A DNA stretch of 64,000 nucleotides from the NCBI GenBank assembly GCA_963674865.2, contig CAXXYE010000009.1, positions 320,001 to 384,000 of the forward strand. Reading direction: 5' to 3'. Position numbers and translations under genes: made by a program. A model generated the notes under the pieces. That model saw nothing but the letters and a program-made list of their open reading frames with translations, did not search any database and was not told where the DNA came from. Of this stretch, positions 10,789 through 20,445 are shown one piece after another; within the stretch, counting starts at the first letter, position 1; each line of letters begins with the position of its first letter. The DNA comes from Candidatus Hydrogenedentota bacterium (GTDB lineage: Bacteria > Hydrogenedentota > Hydrogenedentia > Hydrogenedentales > SLHB01).

Positions 10789-10818
10789 ATTATACCGGAT
10801 GTCTTGCAGCGGTTTCAG
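10789..10818 (-). promoter_or_regulatory. Putative sigma70 promoter of the opp operon
   Basis: Minus strand CTGAAA-N18-TATAAT about 40 nt upstream of the oppA start. Confidence 0.4.
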
Positions 10819-10996
10819 AGCGAAGACCGAAGGGCTGGAGCCTTCAAAAAAAAGACGTCTGGAGATGTCAAACGACATCCACCAGACGCCTTCGTATAGA
10901 CGTCCGAGAACGCTGCGCGTTCGCCCCAAAAGAACACTCCAAACAGGGGCGCGCCGCTACACTTGTCTAGCAGCGACCCGACAACGCGCGGCCCGG

Positions 10997-11368
10997 CTAT
11001 TCCTCTTCGCCACCGTGCCTTTCAAGGATCTCTGAAACCTGAGGCAGATCGCGCTCAACAGCGTAATACAGAGGCGTGTGCCCTTCATTGTCGCGCGCGT
11101 TGACGTCCGCACCCGACTTGATGAGAAGCTCCGCGACCGCCTCGTCATTCGTATACGCGGCGTAGTGCAGCGCGGTGCGGCCCCTGGCGTCCGTCTCATT
11201 CGGGTCGACGCCGTTCCCCAGGTGTTTGGACACCTCGTCGAAGTCGTTTTCCATCGCCGCTTGCTGGATCGAGTCAGTCCGTGTCTCGCCTCCGGTGACG
11301 CCGCAACCCGACGACAACATAATGACTAACGCCAATGCAACTGTAAGCAAACCACAAATCTTGCCCAT
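10997..11368 (-). CDS. Small ankyrin-repeat lipoprotein
   Basis: Signal/lipobox ending LSSGC; ankyrin motifs GRTALHYAA...LLIKSGADVNARDNEGHTPLYYA; GGAGG RBS. Confidence 0.85.
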   Translation of the reverse strand: MGKICGLLTVALALVIMLSSGCGVTGGETRTDSIQQAAMENDFDEVSKHLGNGVDPNETDARGRTALHYAAYTNDEAVAELLIKSGADVNARDNEGHTPLYYAVERDLPQVSEILERHGGEEE

Positions 11369-11689
11369 GGCCCCTCCTAATATCTACCTCCGGTCAAGCC
11401 CACTGCCTAGATTACAATATGTTTCCGCCCCCCTTCAACTTCATTCAAAATCGCCGATAGTAACCATCGCCGCGCACATCCTCTGAAACCCGTTCAGCAG
11501 GCGCGTGACGCCATCCGCGCCGGTAGTGCTCTTGCTGGCATTGACGTGACGTCCGGCGCTCTTGCGGCCGCCGGGCCATGCGACTCATTGCAGTGCCAAA
11601 TCGGCAATGGTAATATGGGCGCGTCGAAGTGACGTGCGCGCCGCGGTTCGGCGCGGCGTTCTCGGGGGCCAAGGAAAGCGAGGGATGCA

Positions 11690-12640
11690 ATGGCGCGGAT
11701 CTTGATGACGGGCGCGGCGGGTTTCATTGGATCGCACGTGACGGAGCGTCTCCTGGCGCGGGGCGACTTCGTGACGGGCATCGATAACTTCAATGACTAC
11801 TACGACCCGGCCATCAAGCGGGCGAACATCGGCAGCGCCCTCGAGAATGAGCGCTTCGCCCTGCATGAGGCCGACATCCTCGATGAGGCGGAGGTCAGGA
11901 AGATCTTCGCGATGGCCCGGCCGGAGGTCGTGGTTCACTTGGCGGCCCGCGCGGGCGTGCGCCCTTCGCTCCAAGACCCGAACCTCTATCACCGCGTCAA
12001 CGTGATCGGCTCGCAGCACATCCTCGATGCCTGCCGGGAGGCGTCGCTCTCGCATCTGGTGTTTGCGTCGAGTTCGTCCGTCTACGGCGGCCTGACCGAC
12101 GTGCCTTTCACGGAAACCATGGATATCTCGCGTCCCATTAGCCCCTACGCGGCGACGAAGCGGATGAACGAGCTGATGTGCCATGTCTACAGCCACTTGT
12201 ACGGCCTCCGCGTCACGCTCCTGCGATTCTTCACGGCCTACGGCCCTCGCCAGCGGCCGGACATGGCCATTCACAAGTTCACGCGCCTGATTTCCGAAGA
12301 GGAGACGGTGCCCATGTTCGGCGATGGCTCGACGGCGCGGGACTACACCTACATCGATGACATTGTGAGTGGCGTGGTCGCAGCTATCGACCGCCCGTTT
12401 GCCTACGAGATCTTCAACCTGGGCGAGAGCCGGACGACCAAGCTGAAGGAACTCATCGAGTTGATCGGCAAACACGTCGGCAAGGCCCCGCGTATCGAGC
12501 AGAAACCCCTCCAGCCGGGCGACGTTACCATCACCTACGCCGACGTGTCCAAGGCGGAAGCCATGCTCGGATACGCGCCCCATTTCTCCCTCGATGAAGG
12601 GGTAAAGCGCTTCGTGGCGTGGTACAAGGAGCGAGGCTGA
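11690..12640 (+). CDS. NAD-dependent epimerase (UDP-glucuronate 4-epimerase-like)
   Basis: TGAAGFIG, HLAARAGVRPS, YAATK, LRFFTAYGPRQRPDMA. Confidence 0.9.
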   Translation: MARILMTGAAGFIGSHVTERLLARGDFVTGIDNFNDYYDPAIKRANIGSALENERFALHEADILDEAEVRKIFAMARPEVVVHLAARAGVRPSLQDPNLYHRVNVIGSQHILDACREASLSHLVFASSSSVYGGLTDVPFTETMDISRPISPYAATKRMNELMCHVYSHLYGLRVTLLRFFTAYGPRQRPDMAIHKFTRLISEEETVPMFGDGSTARDYTYIDDIVSGVVAAIDRPFAYEIFNLGESRTTKLKELIELIGKHVGKAPRIEQKPLQPGDVTITYADVSKAEAMLGYAPHFSLDEGVKRFVAWYKERG

Positions 12641-12648
12641 ACCGCACG

Positions 12649-14292
12649 TCACTCCGCCGGTGATGCGTTCATTGGTTTGTGGGCGGGGAACTCGTCGTGC
12701 CGGCTTTCGTATAGGTACACCGTCACGCCGAAGAACTCCGTCTGATCGAGACGCGTGCCGTGTTCGTCAAACCAAGCGAGTTTCCGCGCCGCGACGGCGT
12801 CGTGCTCGAAGGGCTCCCAGTTCGATTGGACCACCCACACCCGCCGCGCGCCTTCGACGGCCGTGTCCACCTGCTTGGGATAGAGGTCGGTGTTCTCCCA
12901 GAACGGGGGATTGGGATAATTGCGTAGGCAGCCGCGCCGCGCGTCTTCCTCGTTCAGGCAGATAGTCGGCTGCGCGCCCGTCAGATAATGCCGGAAAGGT
13001 ACGGCGGATACCGACCGCGTGTGCACCACCGCATCCCCCGGCTGCATGCTGCTGCGAACGAACCGAGCCGCCTCGCGTACGGCAACCTTGTAGCGCACGC
13101 CCAGCCGGTGGCTCATGGCGACGTGGATGCGATCCGCGTAGATGTCGGTGAGACACGGAACGGTGAGGGCCGTGATGATCGCAAGCGCCCCGCCCACGGC
13201 CCACGGCTTTCGTAGGCCCGCGACGCCATGGGCGACAATCATGCACGCGGCTGCGGCGGAGAAGATAAACAAGCGATGTTCGTATAGGGGGAATTCGCGG
13301 CGACTCCAGATCGCAATATTCGCCGCGATGGGCACAACGCCGAGGAGGAGAAAGAGGGCCAAATGGCCGGGGTCCTTGCGGAGTCTGAAAAGGCCGGCAA
13401 GGAAGAGCGCCGCGCATAGGAGAAAGAGCGGCCAATAGAGCATCGGACTGGGGGCATGCGCGGCGAAGAAATTCTTGAACGTGATGAAGCCCGTCTTCAC
13501 CGTCAGGGCGCCGAACCGATCATTCAGGCCCTCGCTGAAGTGCTTGTTGATCCAGTAGGCCAGGTGAAGTACCGGCACGCCCAGGAGGATCACACCCACT
13601 TGCGAGAGCGCCCATTTCCAGAAGACGCGCAGGTGGCGGCGGATGGTTAGGAGTACGTAGAAGCCTAGCATGGCGGCCGTCCATACGCCGAAGAAATGGG
13701 CGTACATGGCGAGAGTCAGGCTGAGAACGAATCCGCACCAGTAGGCGGTGCGATCCTCGTCGAGTGCCCGCTCAAGGAAGTAGAGCGCCGCCAAGGAAAA
13801 AGCCACCAGTCCGGTGTAGCCGCGCAATTCCTGGGCGTAGTATACCTGGAGCGGGGATAGCGCGACGAGAAACGCCGCGATGAGGGCCGTAGCGTTGCTC
13901 TTGAGTGCCGCGCGACAGGCCGCGAACGCGAGCGGGGCCGCAAGGATACCGAACAAGGCCGCCGGCAATCGAATGAGGAAGTCCGACGTCGGCGAGATGA
14001 CGTCTACGCCTGGCAAAGCCGCGATAGCCGGGCGCCAGAAACGCATGAGCAGCGGCATCATCGGGGGGTCGCAACTGATGGCTGCGCTGAACGCCATGCG
14101 CCAGGACGTCATGACGCGCGCGAGGAAAAGCGTCATCGCCTCGTCGTACCAGAGGCTCTTCGCGCCCAGATCGTAGAGACGCAACCCGACGCCGAGAAGG
14201 GAGATCAAGCCGAGTAGAACGCCCTGACGCCGCGTCAGGGCCGGGAGCGTGGGACACGCCTGCCGCCTATCCACGCTAGTGTTCTGACTCAT
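12649..14292 (-). CDS. GT-C fold membrane glycosyltransferase (PMT/ArnT, GT39-like)
   Basis: LRLYDLGAKSLWYDEA, PP motif, IRLPAALFG, LSPLQVYYAQELRGY; many TM segments. Confidence 0.8.
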   Translation of the reverse strand: MSQNTSVDRRQACPTLPALTRRQGVLLGLISLLGVGLRLYDLGAKSLWYDEAMTLFLARVMTSWRMAFSAAISCDPPMMPLLMRFWRPAIAALPGVDVISPTSDFLIRLPAALFGILAAPLAFAACRAALKSNATALIAAFLVALSPLQVYYAQELRGYTGLVAFSLAALYFLERALDEDRTAYWCGFVLSLTLAMYAHFFGVWTAAMLGFYVLLTIRRHLRVFWKWALSQVGVILLGVPVLHLAYWINKHFSEGLNDRFGALTVKTGFITFKNFFAAHAPSPMLYWPLFLLCAALFLAGLFRLRKDPGHLALFLLLGVVPIAANIAIWSRREFPLYEHRLFIFSAAAACMIVAHGVAGLRKPWAVGGALAIITALTVPCLTDIYADRIHVAMSHRLGVRYKVAVREAARFVRSSMQPGDAVVHTRSVSAVPFRHYLTGAQPTICLNEEDARRGCLRNYPNPPFWENTDLYPKQVDTAVEGARRVWVVQSNWEPFEHDAVAARKLAWFDEHGTRLDQTEFFGVTVYLYESRHDEFPAHKPMNASPAE

Positions 14293-14396
14293 AGTTGACG
14301 TTGCCTATCCGCAGGCGAAGGAGCGCCAAGATGAAGCGAATAACGGGGACTGACGCAAGCGGAGCGAAGCGAAGACGTGTCTGTCCCTGGTTTTCG
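14279..14396. repeat. 118-bp miniature repeat element (family B), copy 1, overlapping the glycosyltransferase start codon
   Basis: 106 of 118 nt identical by hand alignment to 34342-34459. Internal GGGGACTGAC...GTCTGTCCC hairpin. Confidence 0.9.
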
Positions 14397-14582
14397 AAGT
14401 CCCGACGGGCGTTCGGGCAACGTCGCAACCTCCTTCTTCGACTGCTGCGATTGAGTATTGTGCACGGCGCGTAGTGTCGCACAGGGCCATGGGGCAGTCA
14501 AGATATGGTGGCCCTGAGCACGCAGGGCGGCCGCCGGAGCGAAGGATTCTCCACGCGAAATGCAATAGTATATGGGAGGTAG

Positions 14583-15194
14583 ATGGAGAAGCCTTGTTCC
14601 CTGGAGAACCGAGTGAATAGGCGGGACGGCAGCGCGAGCCGAACGGAGCGACGCCTGGCGCATGCCTTGCGTAAAAGCAAGATGTCCGCATGGGAGGAGT
14701 TCTACGGCCGTTACGGAGCGGCCATCTATCGTTTTGCTCTCGCGCGGACAAATGGCGACGCGGACGCCGCTGCGGATGCCGCGCACGAGGCCGTGGTGGC
14801 AGCCATTGAGAGCATTGGCCGGTTCGATCCTCGCAAAGGAGCGCTGTGGCCATGGTTGTGCGGGATCGCAACAAACAAGCTGCGCGAGGCGGCGCGGCGG
14901 AATGGCCGGGACCTCCGGCTTGGGCGTGCCCTTCGTGAGGGCGCAGGAGCCGCCGCTCCAAGCGCAAACAGCGATGCCGCAATGGACGTTGAGTGTGTCC
15001 TGTCGCGCCTACATCCTCAGCACCAAGAGGTGCTTGAGTACAAATACATCCAGGGCCTCAGCGTGCGGGAAATGGCGGCAACGCTGCGTATCTCTGAAAA
15101 GGCCGCCGAGTCGCGCCTCACACGCGCCCGAGCCGCCTTTCGCGAAACGGACAAGAAGCTCGACGGCATCGTGACGGAGATCGAAGATGGATAA
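14583..15194 (+). CDS. ECF RNA polymerase sigma factor
   Basis: GGGAGG RBS. AWEEFYGRYGAAIYRF, FDPRKG..WPWLCGIA (sigma2); LEYKYIQGLSVREMAATLRISEKAAESRLTRAR (sigma4). Confidence 0.9.
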   Translation: MEKPCSLENRVNRRDGSASRTERRLAHALRKSKMSAWEEFYGRYGAAIYRFALARTNGDADAAADAAHEAVVAAIESIGRFDPRKGALWPWLCGIATNKLREAARRNGRDLRLGRALREGAGAAAPSANSDAAMDVECVLSRLHPQHQEVLEYKYIQGLSVREMAATLRISEKAAESRLTRARAAFRETDKKLDGIVTEIEDG

Positions 15195-17742
15195 CGCATT
15201 GGAGAGTCTGAGAGAGTACGGGCGCCCTGCCGTCCCACCGGACTTCGGAGAGAGCCTGGGGGAACATGTCAGGCCGCTATTGAAGCGCCGGCGCCGGAGG
15301 GTGGTAGCGCGTAGGGCGGCCGCGAGCGCCTGCGCGGCCCTTTGCCTCCTGCTGCTCTATGCGGCCAAAGCGTCATTGCTGGCGCTCTTGCCGACGCCCA
15401 CGCTCCTGCGGTTGGCCGAATTCGGCTCGCCCTTTGAGCCGGAGCTGTCTTCTGATGCAATGCCAGTCTCCTTCCCCAGGTTGATCGAAGAAGCGGATCT
15501 CTTTGTCTACGGGCGGCTCGAAGACGTTAGTTTCGACAAGCGCGACTTGGCTCAGCGCGTCACGATCATCTCATGTCCGTCCAGCGAGACGATCCGAGCC
15601 ACCGTTCGCATGAACGTCCTCAAGAGCCACCCGCCGCTGGATGCGGAGACGCTCACGTTTGCCACAGGGATCGATCTATCGCGGCAGGATTTCTGGACGC
15701 CCGGCACGGAGTACCTCGTGGCCTTGAGGTGGCTGAAGGGCGCGTATCATACGCTCTTCATCTGGCCGCAGGGCATCTATCCCGTCGATGCGCAGACGGG
15801 CCGCCTGGGAGACATCCCGGACTTGGGCCGGGGACTTACCGTCGAGGAGGCGTGGGAATTAATACTCGACGCCTATGGCCGCCTCCACGGGACGGCCGGG
15901 GAAGACGCCGGCGTGGCCGAAAAATGGCGCGACCTGTTGCACGACGGGGGGCTGCCGCAGTCTCAGGCCGCCATCGCCTTCTTCAGCACGCTCCCGAATC
16001 CACCCGTGACATCCGAGGAACTGATCGACGCCATGCAGCGCCACTATCCTCCAGAGGATGAACGAAGAGACTATGGCTATCGGGAATTCCTCGAAGCGGC
16101 CTTGTCTATGTTGGAGCGCATCGCCGATGAACACGCCGTGGACGAGATCTACGATTTCTTCCTCCAAGACATGGCTCTAAGACACTCGGCATTCGACGAC
16201 CCACGACTCCAGCGGGCGGTGCTGCGCCTTGTGCTCAAACACCCGGGCCCGACGCGCCGGGCGCGTCTGGTTCAACTCCTGACGACGGATGAAGAGATGC
16301 AGTACAACGAACGCTCCTGGGGGAGAATGGAACTGCTCAGGACCAAGCATGACGCGTTCGACGAAATGGTGAAGGTGGCGGGGAAGGATATCGACCAGCT
16401 TTTTCTGGACATGATCCACGATCCGCAAGCATTCGGCTTCACAAGCATTTACGACCTTGCGTCAATCTGGCGGGCAATGGCGCAGCGAGGAATGAAGGCC
16501 CTTCGCCCCGAGTTGGAACGCCTCCTCGCCGATCCCGAACACGCCGGCCTCGCCATCGACGTTCCCGCGGAACCGGAAGAGGTAGCGCGCGTCGCCAATG
16601 AGATCCTACGCGATCTCTTGTCGAACTTGCCGTCCGGCGATGTGCCATTGAAGACGCTGCTCGATCGCTACGACGCTGGGGACTCGCAGGCCATCCACCT
16701 GATCCGAAAGCGTTTCCCCGCAGACGGCCGGGCGTATATTCCGTGGCTGCAAAAGGCCCGCATGGCGGACGTGGCCGACCTGATCGCCCACCGTGCGCCC
16801 GATCCTTGCTTTATCCCGCTGCTTGAGCAGGCCCTTGACGCAAACGAGCCGCCTCCTACGCGGCATGACGGCTTGCCGGACTTCGGATTCGCGGCGGTAA
16901 ACACGCCCATGCTGCTCTACGCACTTCACGCGTGCGGGGCGCGGCAAGAGGCCGTTGATAGAACCGTGGCCTTGCTCCAAACGCCGCCGATCTCCGAGGT
17001 CCCCATATCGGCGCCCAAGGAACTCCATCTCTGGAACTACGCGCAGGTGCGGCTCCGAACGGAGCTACTCAAGATCGCCGCCTTCTTCGGAGATTCCTCG
17101 GCCTTTCCCGCCGTCGAGCACTACCTCGAAGAGAATGTGCTGGAGGCCTACTATGATCTCCCCACCACGAGCAGCGTGGGCGAAGAAGAAAACATGCCCG
17201 TCAACAAGCTGCACCGAATGGCCGTTTTGGCCGTTGCTCGGCTCGGCGGCGAAGCGGCCGCACCCATTTTGCGGAAACAATACCAGACGGAGCACCCCTA
17301 CATTCGGTTCTGCGCGGCGCTGGGCCTGCTATACCTGGGCGACGAGAGTGTCAGAGACGAACTCGAGTCGCTTTATCCTACCAATGCGCCATGGGAGTGG
17401 ACGCCCCGCCCCAACACCGTCCACACCGCGGCGCTGCTGCGCTCGCCGGCGATTGACGCGCTCTACATCGAGCGACTGCGGGACGGCATGAGCCAGTCCG
17501 ACGGCTACCTGGTTGTCAACAGCGGCCTGGCCCAGGAACGCCCGCGCGAGGTCCTGCCTTTGCTTGTTGACGCCCTCTCCGGCAGGTACCGCGACGAGGC
17601 CGTCCAAGCCCTTCGACACGTGACGGGGCAATCGTTTGGATTCGACGCCCGCGAGATCGCGGCCTTGCAGGGGGAGGCGATTGCCGAGTGGCGCCGTTAC
17701 GTTGAGGAGTTGCCCGCGGATGAAGAAAAGATGCCGAATTAG
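15187..17742 (+). CDS. Putative anti-sigma factor: short cytoplasmic N-terminus, TM, beta (TIMP/NTR-like) domain, HEAT-like helical repeats
   Basis: Overlaps the sigma stop codon. RRRRR followed by a hydrophobic helix; LIEEADLFVYGR...PGTEYLVAL...QGIYPV; RMAVLAVARLGGEAAAPILR...IRFCAALGL; ALRHVTGQSFG...W end. Confidence 0.6.
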   Translation: MDNALESLREYGRPAVPPDFGESLGEHVRPLLKRRRRRVVARRAAASACAALCLLLLYAAKASLLALLPTPTLLRLAEFGSPFEPELSSDAMPVSFPRLIEEADLFVYGRLEDVSFDKRDLAQRVTIISCPSSETIRATVRMNVLKSHPPLDAETLTFATGIDLSRQDFWTPGTEYLVALRWLKGAYHTLFIWPQGIYPVDAQTGRLGDIPDLGRGLTVEEAWELILDAYGRLHGTAGEDAGVAEKWRDLLHDGGLPQSQAAIAFFSTLPNPPVTSEELIDAMQRHYPPEDERRDYGYREFLEAALSMLERIADEHAVDEIYDFFLQDMALRHSAFDDPRLQRAVLRLVLKHPGPTRRARLVQLLTTDEEMQYNERSWGRMELLRTKHDAFDEMVKVAGKDIDQLFLDMIHDPQAFGFTSIYDLASIWRAMAQRGMKALRPELERLLADPEHAGLAIDVPAEPEEVARVANEILRDLLSNLPSGDVPLKTLLDRYDAGDSQAIHLIRKRFPADGRAYIPWLQKARMADVADLIAHRAPDPCFIPLLEQALDANEPPPTRHDGLPDFGFAAVNTPMLLYALHACGARQEAVDRTVALLQTPPISEVPISAPKELHLWNYAQVRLRTELLKIAAFFGDSSAFPAVEHYLEENVLEAYYDLPTTSSVGEEENMPVNKLHRMAVLAVARLGGEAAAPILRKQYQTEHPYIRFCAALGLLYLGDESVRDELESLYPTNAPWEWTPRPNTVHTAALLRSPAIDALYIERLRDGMSQSDGYLVVNSGLAQERPREVLPLLVDALSGRYRDEAVQALRHVTGQSFGFDAREIAALQGEAIAEWRRYVEELPADEEKMPN

Positions 17743-17806
17743 GAATCCGGCGTCAACCGCGTTGCCGGAGCCCAAGTCGAGAACCTCCCGAAGCAAAGGT
17801 TCATGG

Positions 17807-17830
17807 GGAATGTCCGGGCCTGCTCCCCGT
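17807..17830 (+). promoter_or_regulatory. Putative ECF-type promoter
   Basis: GGAAT-N16-CGT about 40 nt upstream of the Cys-rich lipoprotein start. Confidence 0.35.
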
Positions 17831-17868
17831 GTTTCAGCCTACGCATTTGATAATCAGGAGGTGCGCTC

Positions 17869-18210
17869 ATGAAGAAGACAGTAACAGTCTTGACGCTCGC
17901 GCTCGTTGTAGGCGGTTTGGTGCTGGCAGGTTGTCAGACAACATACGGCAAGGCCGGCGGCCCGAAAAGCTCCTGCGCCATGTGTCCGAAAGCGCAGGCG
18001 GCCTGCGCGAAATGTCCGCAGCAAGGAAGCTGCCCATTGCAGGCATCGTGTGCAAAGTGTCCGAAACAGGCGTCTTGTGCATCCTGTCCTTTGAAAAATG
18101 GCGCCAAGTGTCCGGCGGCCTGCAAGGCCAAGTGTCCGGCGGCTGCCTGTGCGAAGTGCGGCGAGGCCAAAGGCTCGGCCGCCTGCAAGGCGAAATGCAC
18201 GGTTAATTAA
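17869..18210 (+). CDS. Cys-rich (CxxC-repeat) small lipoprotein, metallothionein-like composition
   Basis: AGGAGG RBS, signal peptide with lipobox LAGC, 16 further Cys in a Lys/Ala/Pro/Gln-rich mature region. Confidence 0.8.
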   Translation: MKKTVTVLTLALVVGGLVLAGCQTTYGKAGGPKSSCAMCPKAQAACAKCPQQGSCPLQASCAKCPKQASCASCPLKNGAKCPAACKAKCPAAACAKCGEAKGSAACKAKCTVN

Positions 18211-18355
18211 CCTGTGTCCGTATGCCGCCGCGTGTCTCCCGCGCACGATACGTTTGAGAAAAGGCGCTTGCCGTAGGGCCGGCGCCTCTTCATCTACATC
18301 GAAGGGAGAACTGGCTTCAAGGCCGGCCCGCCTCCCCATGGCGCTGGGATAGCGC

Positions 18356-19093
18356 TCATTCCCATTCCATGGCTTCGATGTGCTGGCGCAGGTGACGGGC
18401 AGTCCGGAATCGCTGCCGAATGAGGGAGCGCTTGAGTCCGCGGCATATCATCTTCACTTGAGGCGGTTGAGCTGCGTAGTGGCGTGCGCCGCCGACGGCG
18501 TCGTAGAAGATGCGGATGGCGGATTGCACATCATCCTGAACGTGCGCCGAGGTCTTGCGCCCCCAGTTGAACAAGTCCACCAGCTTCACCTGAAATCCGA
18601 GCCCCACGCGACGGACGATAACGTTATCCGGATGCAAATCGCCGTGGTACTCGCCCATGTCGTGAATCTGTTCCAGTCCGACGACGAGGGCGTGCAGCAA
18701 GTGCAGCCCCTCGAAAGGGCTTAGGCGTTTGCCGGCACGCCCTTTGAGGAGGTCCGTGAGGAGGTGGCCTCCGACGAGTTCGCTCACCAAGAAGGTGATG
18801 CGCTGGCCGCGGAACCGGAAGGTATCCTGCGTGTGGTATTGGATAAGGATCGGGCAATCGCGCAACTTGTCGAGTTTTCTCGCGTAGAACGTTACCGCGC
18901 GGTTGCGGCGATTGCGTTGAGGAAAGAATAGTTTCGCGGCGCGTTCGAGTCCGGTTGCGAGTTCGGTGACGTGGTAGACCTCACCCTCCCAGCCGCGGCC
19001 AAGCAAGTCGCCCACGCGGTACTTGCCGCCCAGCGTTCGTCCCGGCTGCAGATCGAACGCGTCAATACGCGGCGGATCGGATTCCTTGCTCAT
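18356..19093 (-). CDS. Single-domain Hanks-type Ser/Thr protein kinase-like protein
   Basis: Start MSKESD at 19093. LGRGWEGEVY, AAKLF, HGDLHPDN, VKLVDLF. Confidence 0.8.
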   Translation of the reverse strand: MSKESDPPRIDAFDLQPGRTLGGKYRVGDLLGRGWEGEVYHVTELATGLERAAKLFFPQRNRRNRAVTFYARKLDKLRDCPILIQYHTQDTFRFRGQRITFLVSELVGGHLLTDLLKGRAGKRLSPFEGLHLLHALVVGLEQIHDMGEYHGDLHPDNVIVRRVGLGFQVKLVDLFNWGRKTSAHVQDDVQSAIRIFYDAVGGARHYAAQPPQVKMICRGLKRSLIRQRFRTARHLRQHIEAMEWE

Positions 19094-19275
19094 CAGGATA
19101 TCGAGACCCCTCAACCGAATCTGCCTGATCCTACTTCGCAGGGCGAGGGCTCTGTCAACATCCAACTGCTGCATAGCTAGCTCTGTCCAGGCGGTTGCAA
19201 TCCTACCAAGCGGGCTATATGCTGGCGCGCGCCAGGCAGGGCCGCTTCCGGCCCGCGGATAAAGGAGACATCCTT

Positions 19276-20421
19276 ATGCTGCGTAGACCCTTCGCCAGCG
19301 AACGCATCCAACGGATCGATCCCAAAACCGGGATCAAGGTCATCCAACTCACCAGTTATCCGCTCCCCGCGGCCCATTTGCTGTATGACTGGCCTTTCAT
19401 CACGCCCGATAACCGCCGACTCGTGCTCTTTAGTCAGCGGAGCCTGCGCCGTGATGCCCCATGGGACCTCTTCCGCGTGGATGCCGACGGACTCAACCTG
19501 TTCCAACTCACCGACAAGGGCGACGAGATGGAGGCCGTCGGCTATTACGGGCGGCCCGCTTCCGCCTTAACGCTCGACGGGGCAACCGTCTATGGTGTCT
19601 GGGGGGATGTCCTGTCGAGCGTGGACGTCGAGACCGGCCGGATGGAAGACCTCTGTTCTCTCGATTCCCACATCCCCGAAGGCCAAGCCGTCAGCCGCCT
19701 CCACCTATCGGCGAACGGAGAGAGGCTGTTTGTCGTTTGTGGCGGTGCCGGGGCCTCCGAGGCCCTGCGCATCGACCTCGAAAGCGGCGAAATCGCCCGG
19801 ATCGCGCTCGATGGCCACCTTTTCGCCTGCGATCCCACCGGGCCCCGCCTCGTCGTGTCCAAAGGACGCGTCGAATGGGGCACCGTCGAAGCCAAGGACG
19901 GTTCGCGCACTGTCACCAATGTCGCCGCCTCACGCGATAAGTGGCTCACCGACGAGGATGGAAACGACATCGCCTACTTCTGCCCCGAGATGTACGCCCA
20001 CGCTACGCTCCTGGGCGGTCAGCTTAAGCTGCAGGGATGCGGCAAACCCCCGCACAAATGCATCTGGCTTGTCGAGCAGGGCCAACCCCCAGAGAAACTT
20101 GTCGAAGGCCCCTATTTCTGGCACTCCGGAGCATCGTGGAGCGGCGAATGGATCATCGGCGACACCAATTGGCCCGACCTTGGTCTCCAACTCATCCACG
20201 TTCCCTCGCGACACTTCGCAACCCTTTGTCACGCAGGTGCTTCGCAAGATCACTACGAGTTTGGCCATCCTCACCCCGCCCTGTCTCCGGACGGCAGCCT
20301 CTGCGTCTTTCGCTCAGATCGGAGCGGCGTCGCCCAACTCTACATCGCCCACATCACCAAGGAATTCCAGGAACGCGTCATCGCCGGGGACTTGTGGGGG
20401 CCTAACCAGTGCATGCCCTGA
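19276..20421 (+). CDS. Oligogalacturonate lyase-family / TolB-like beta-propeller protein
   Basis: AAGGAG RBS. DPKTGIKVIQLT, FITPDNRRLVLFSQR, HPHPALSPDG...FRSDRSGVAQLY. Confidence 0.7.
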   Translation: MLRRPFASERIQRIDPKTGIKVIQLTSYPLPAAHLLYDWPFITPDNRRLVLFSQRSLRRDAPWDLFRVDADGLNLFQLTDKGDEMEAVGYYGRPASALTLDGATVYGVWGDVLSSVDVETGRMEDLCSLDSHIPEGQAVSRLHLSANGERLFVVCGGAGASEALRIDLESGEIARIALDGHLFACDPTGPRLVVSKGRVEWGTVEAKDGSRTVTNVAASRDKWLTDEDGNDIAYFCPEMYAHATLLGGQLKLQGCGKPPHKCIWLVEQGQPPEKLVEGPYFWHSGASWSGEWIIGDTNWPDLGLQLIHVPSRHFATLCHAGASQDHYEFGHPHPALSPDGSLCVFRSDRSGVAQLYIAHITKEFQERVIAGDLWGPNQCMP

Positions 20422-20445
20422 CGGTGGGAATAGTTTGTTATACGC

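Noticed and set aside
17869..18210. Cys-rich protein as a multiheme cytochrome or RiPP precursor
   Set aside because: No CxxCH motifs, no adjacent modifying enzymes, and it has a standard lipoprotein signal.
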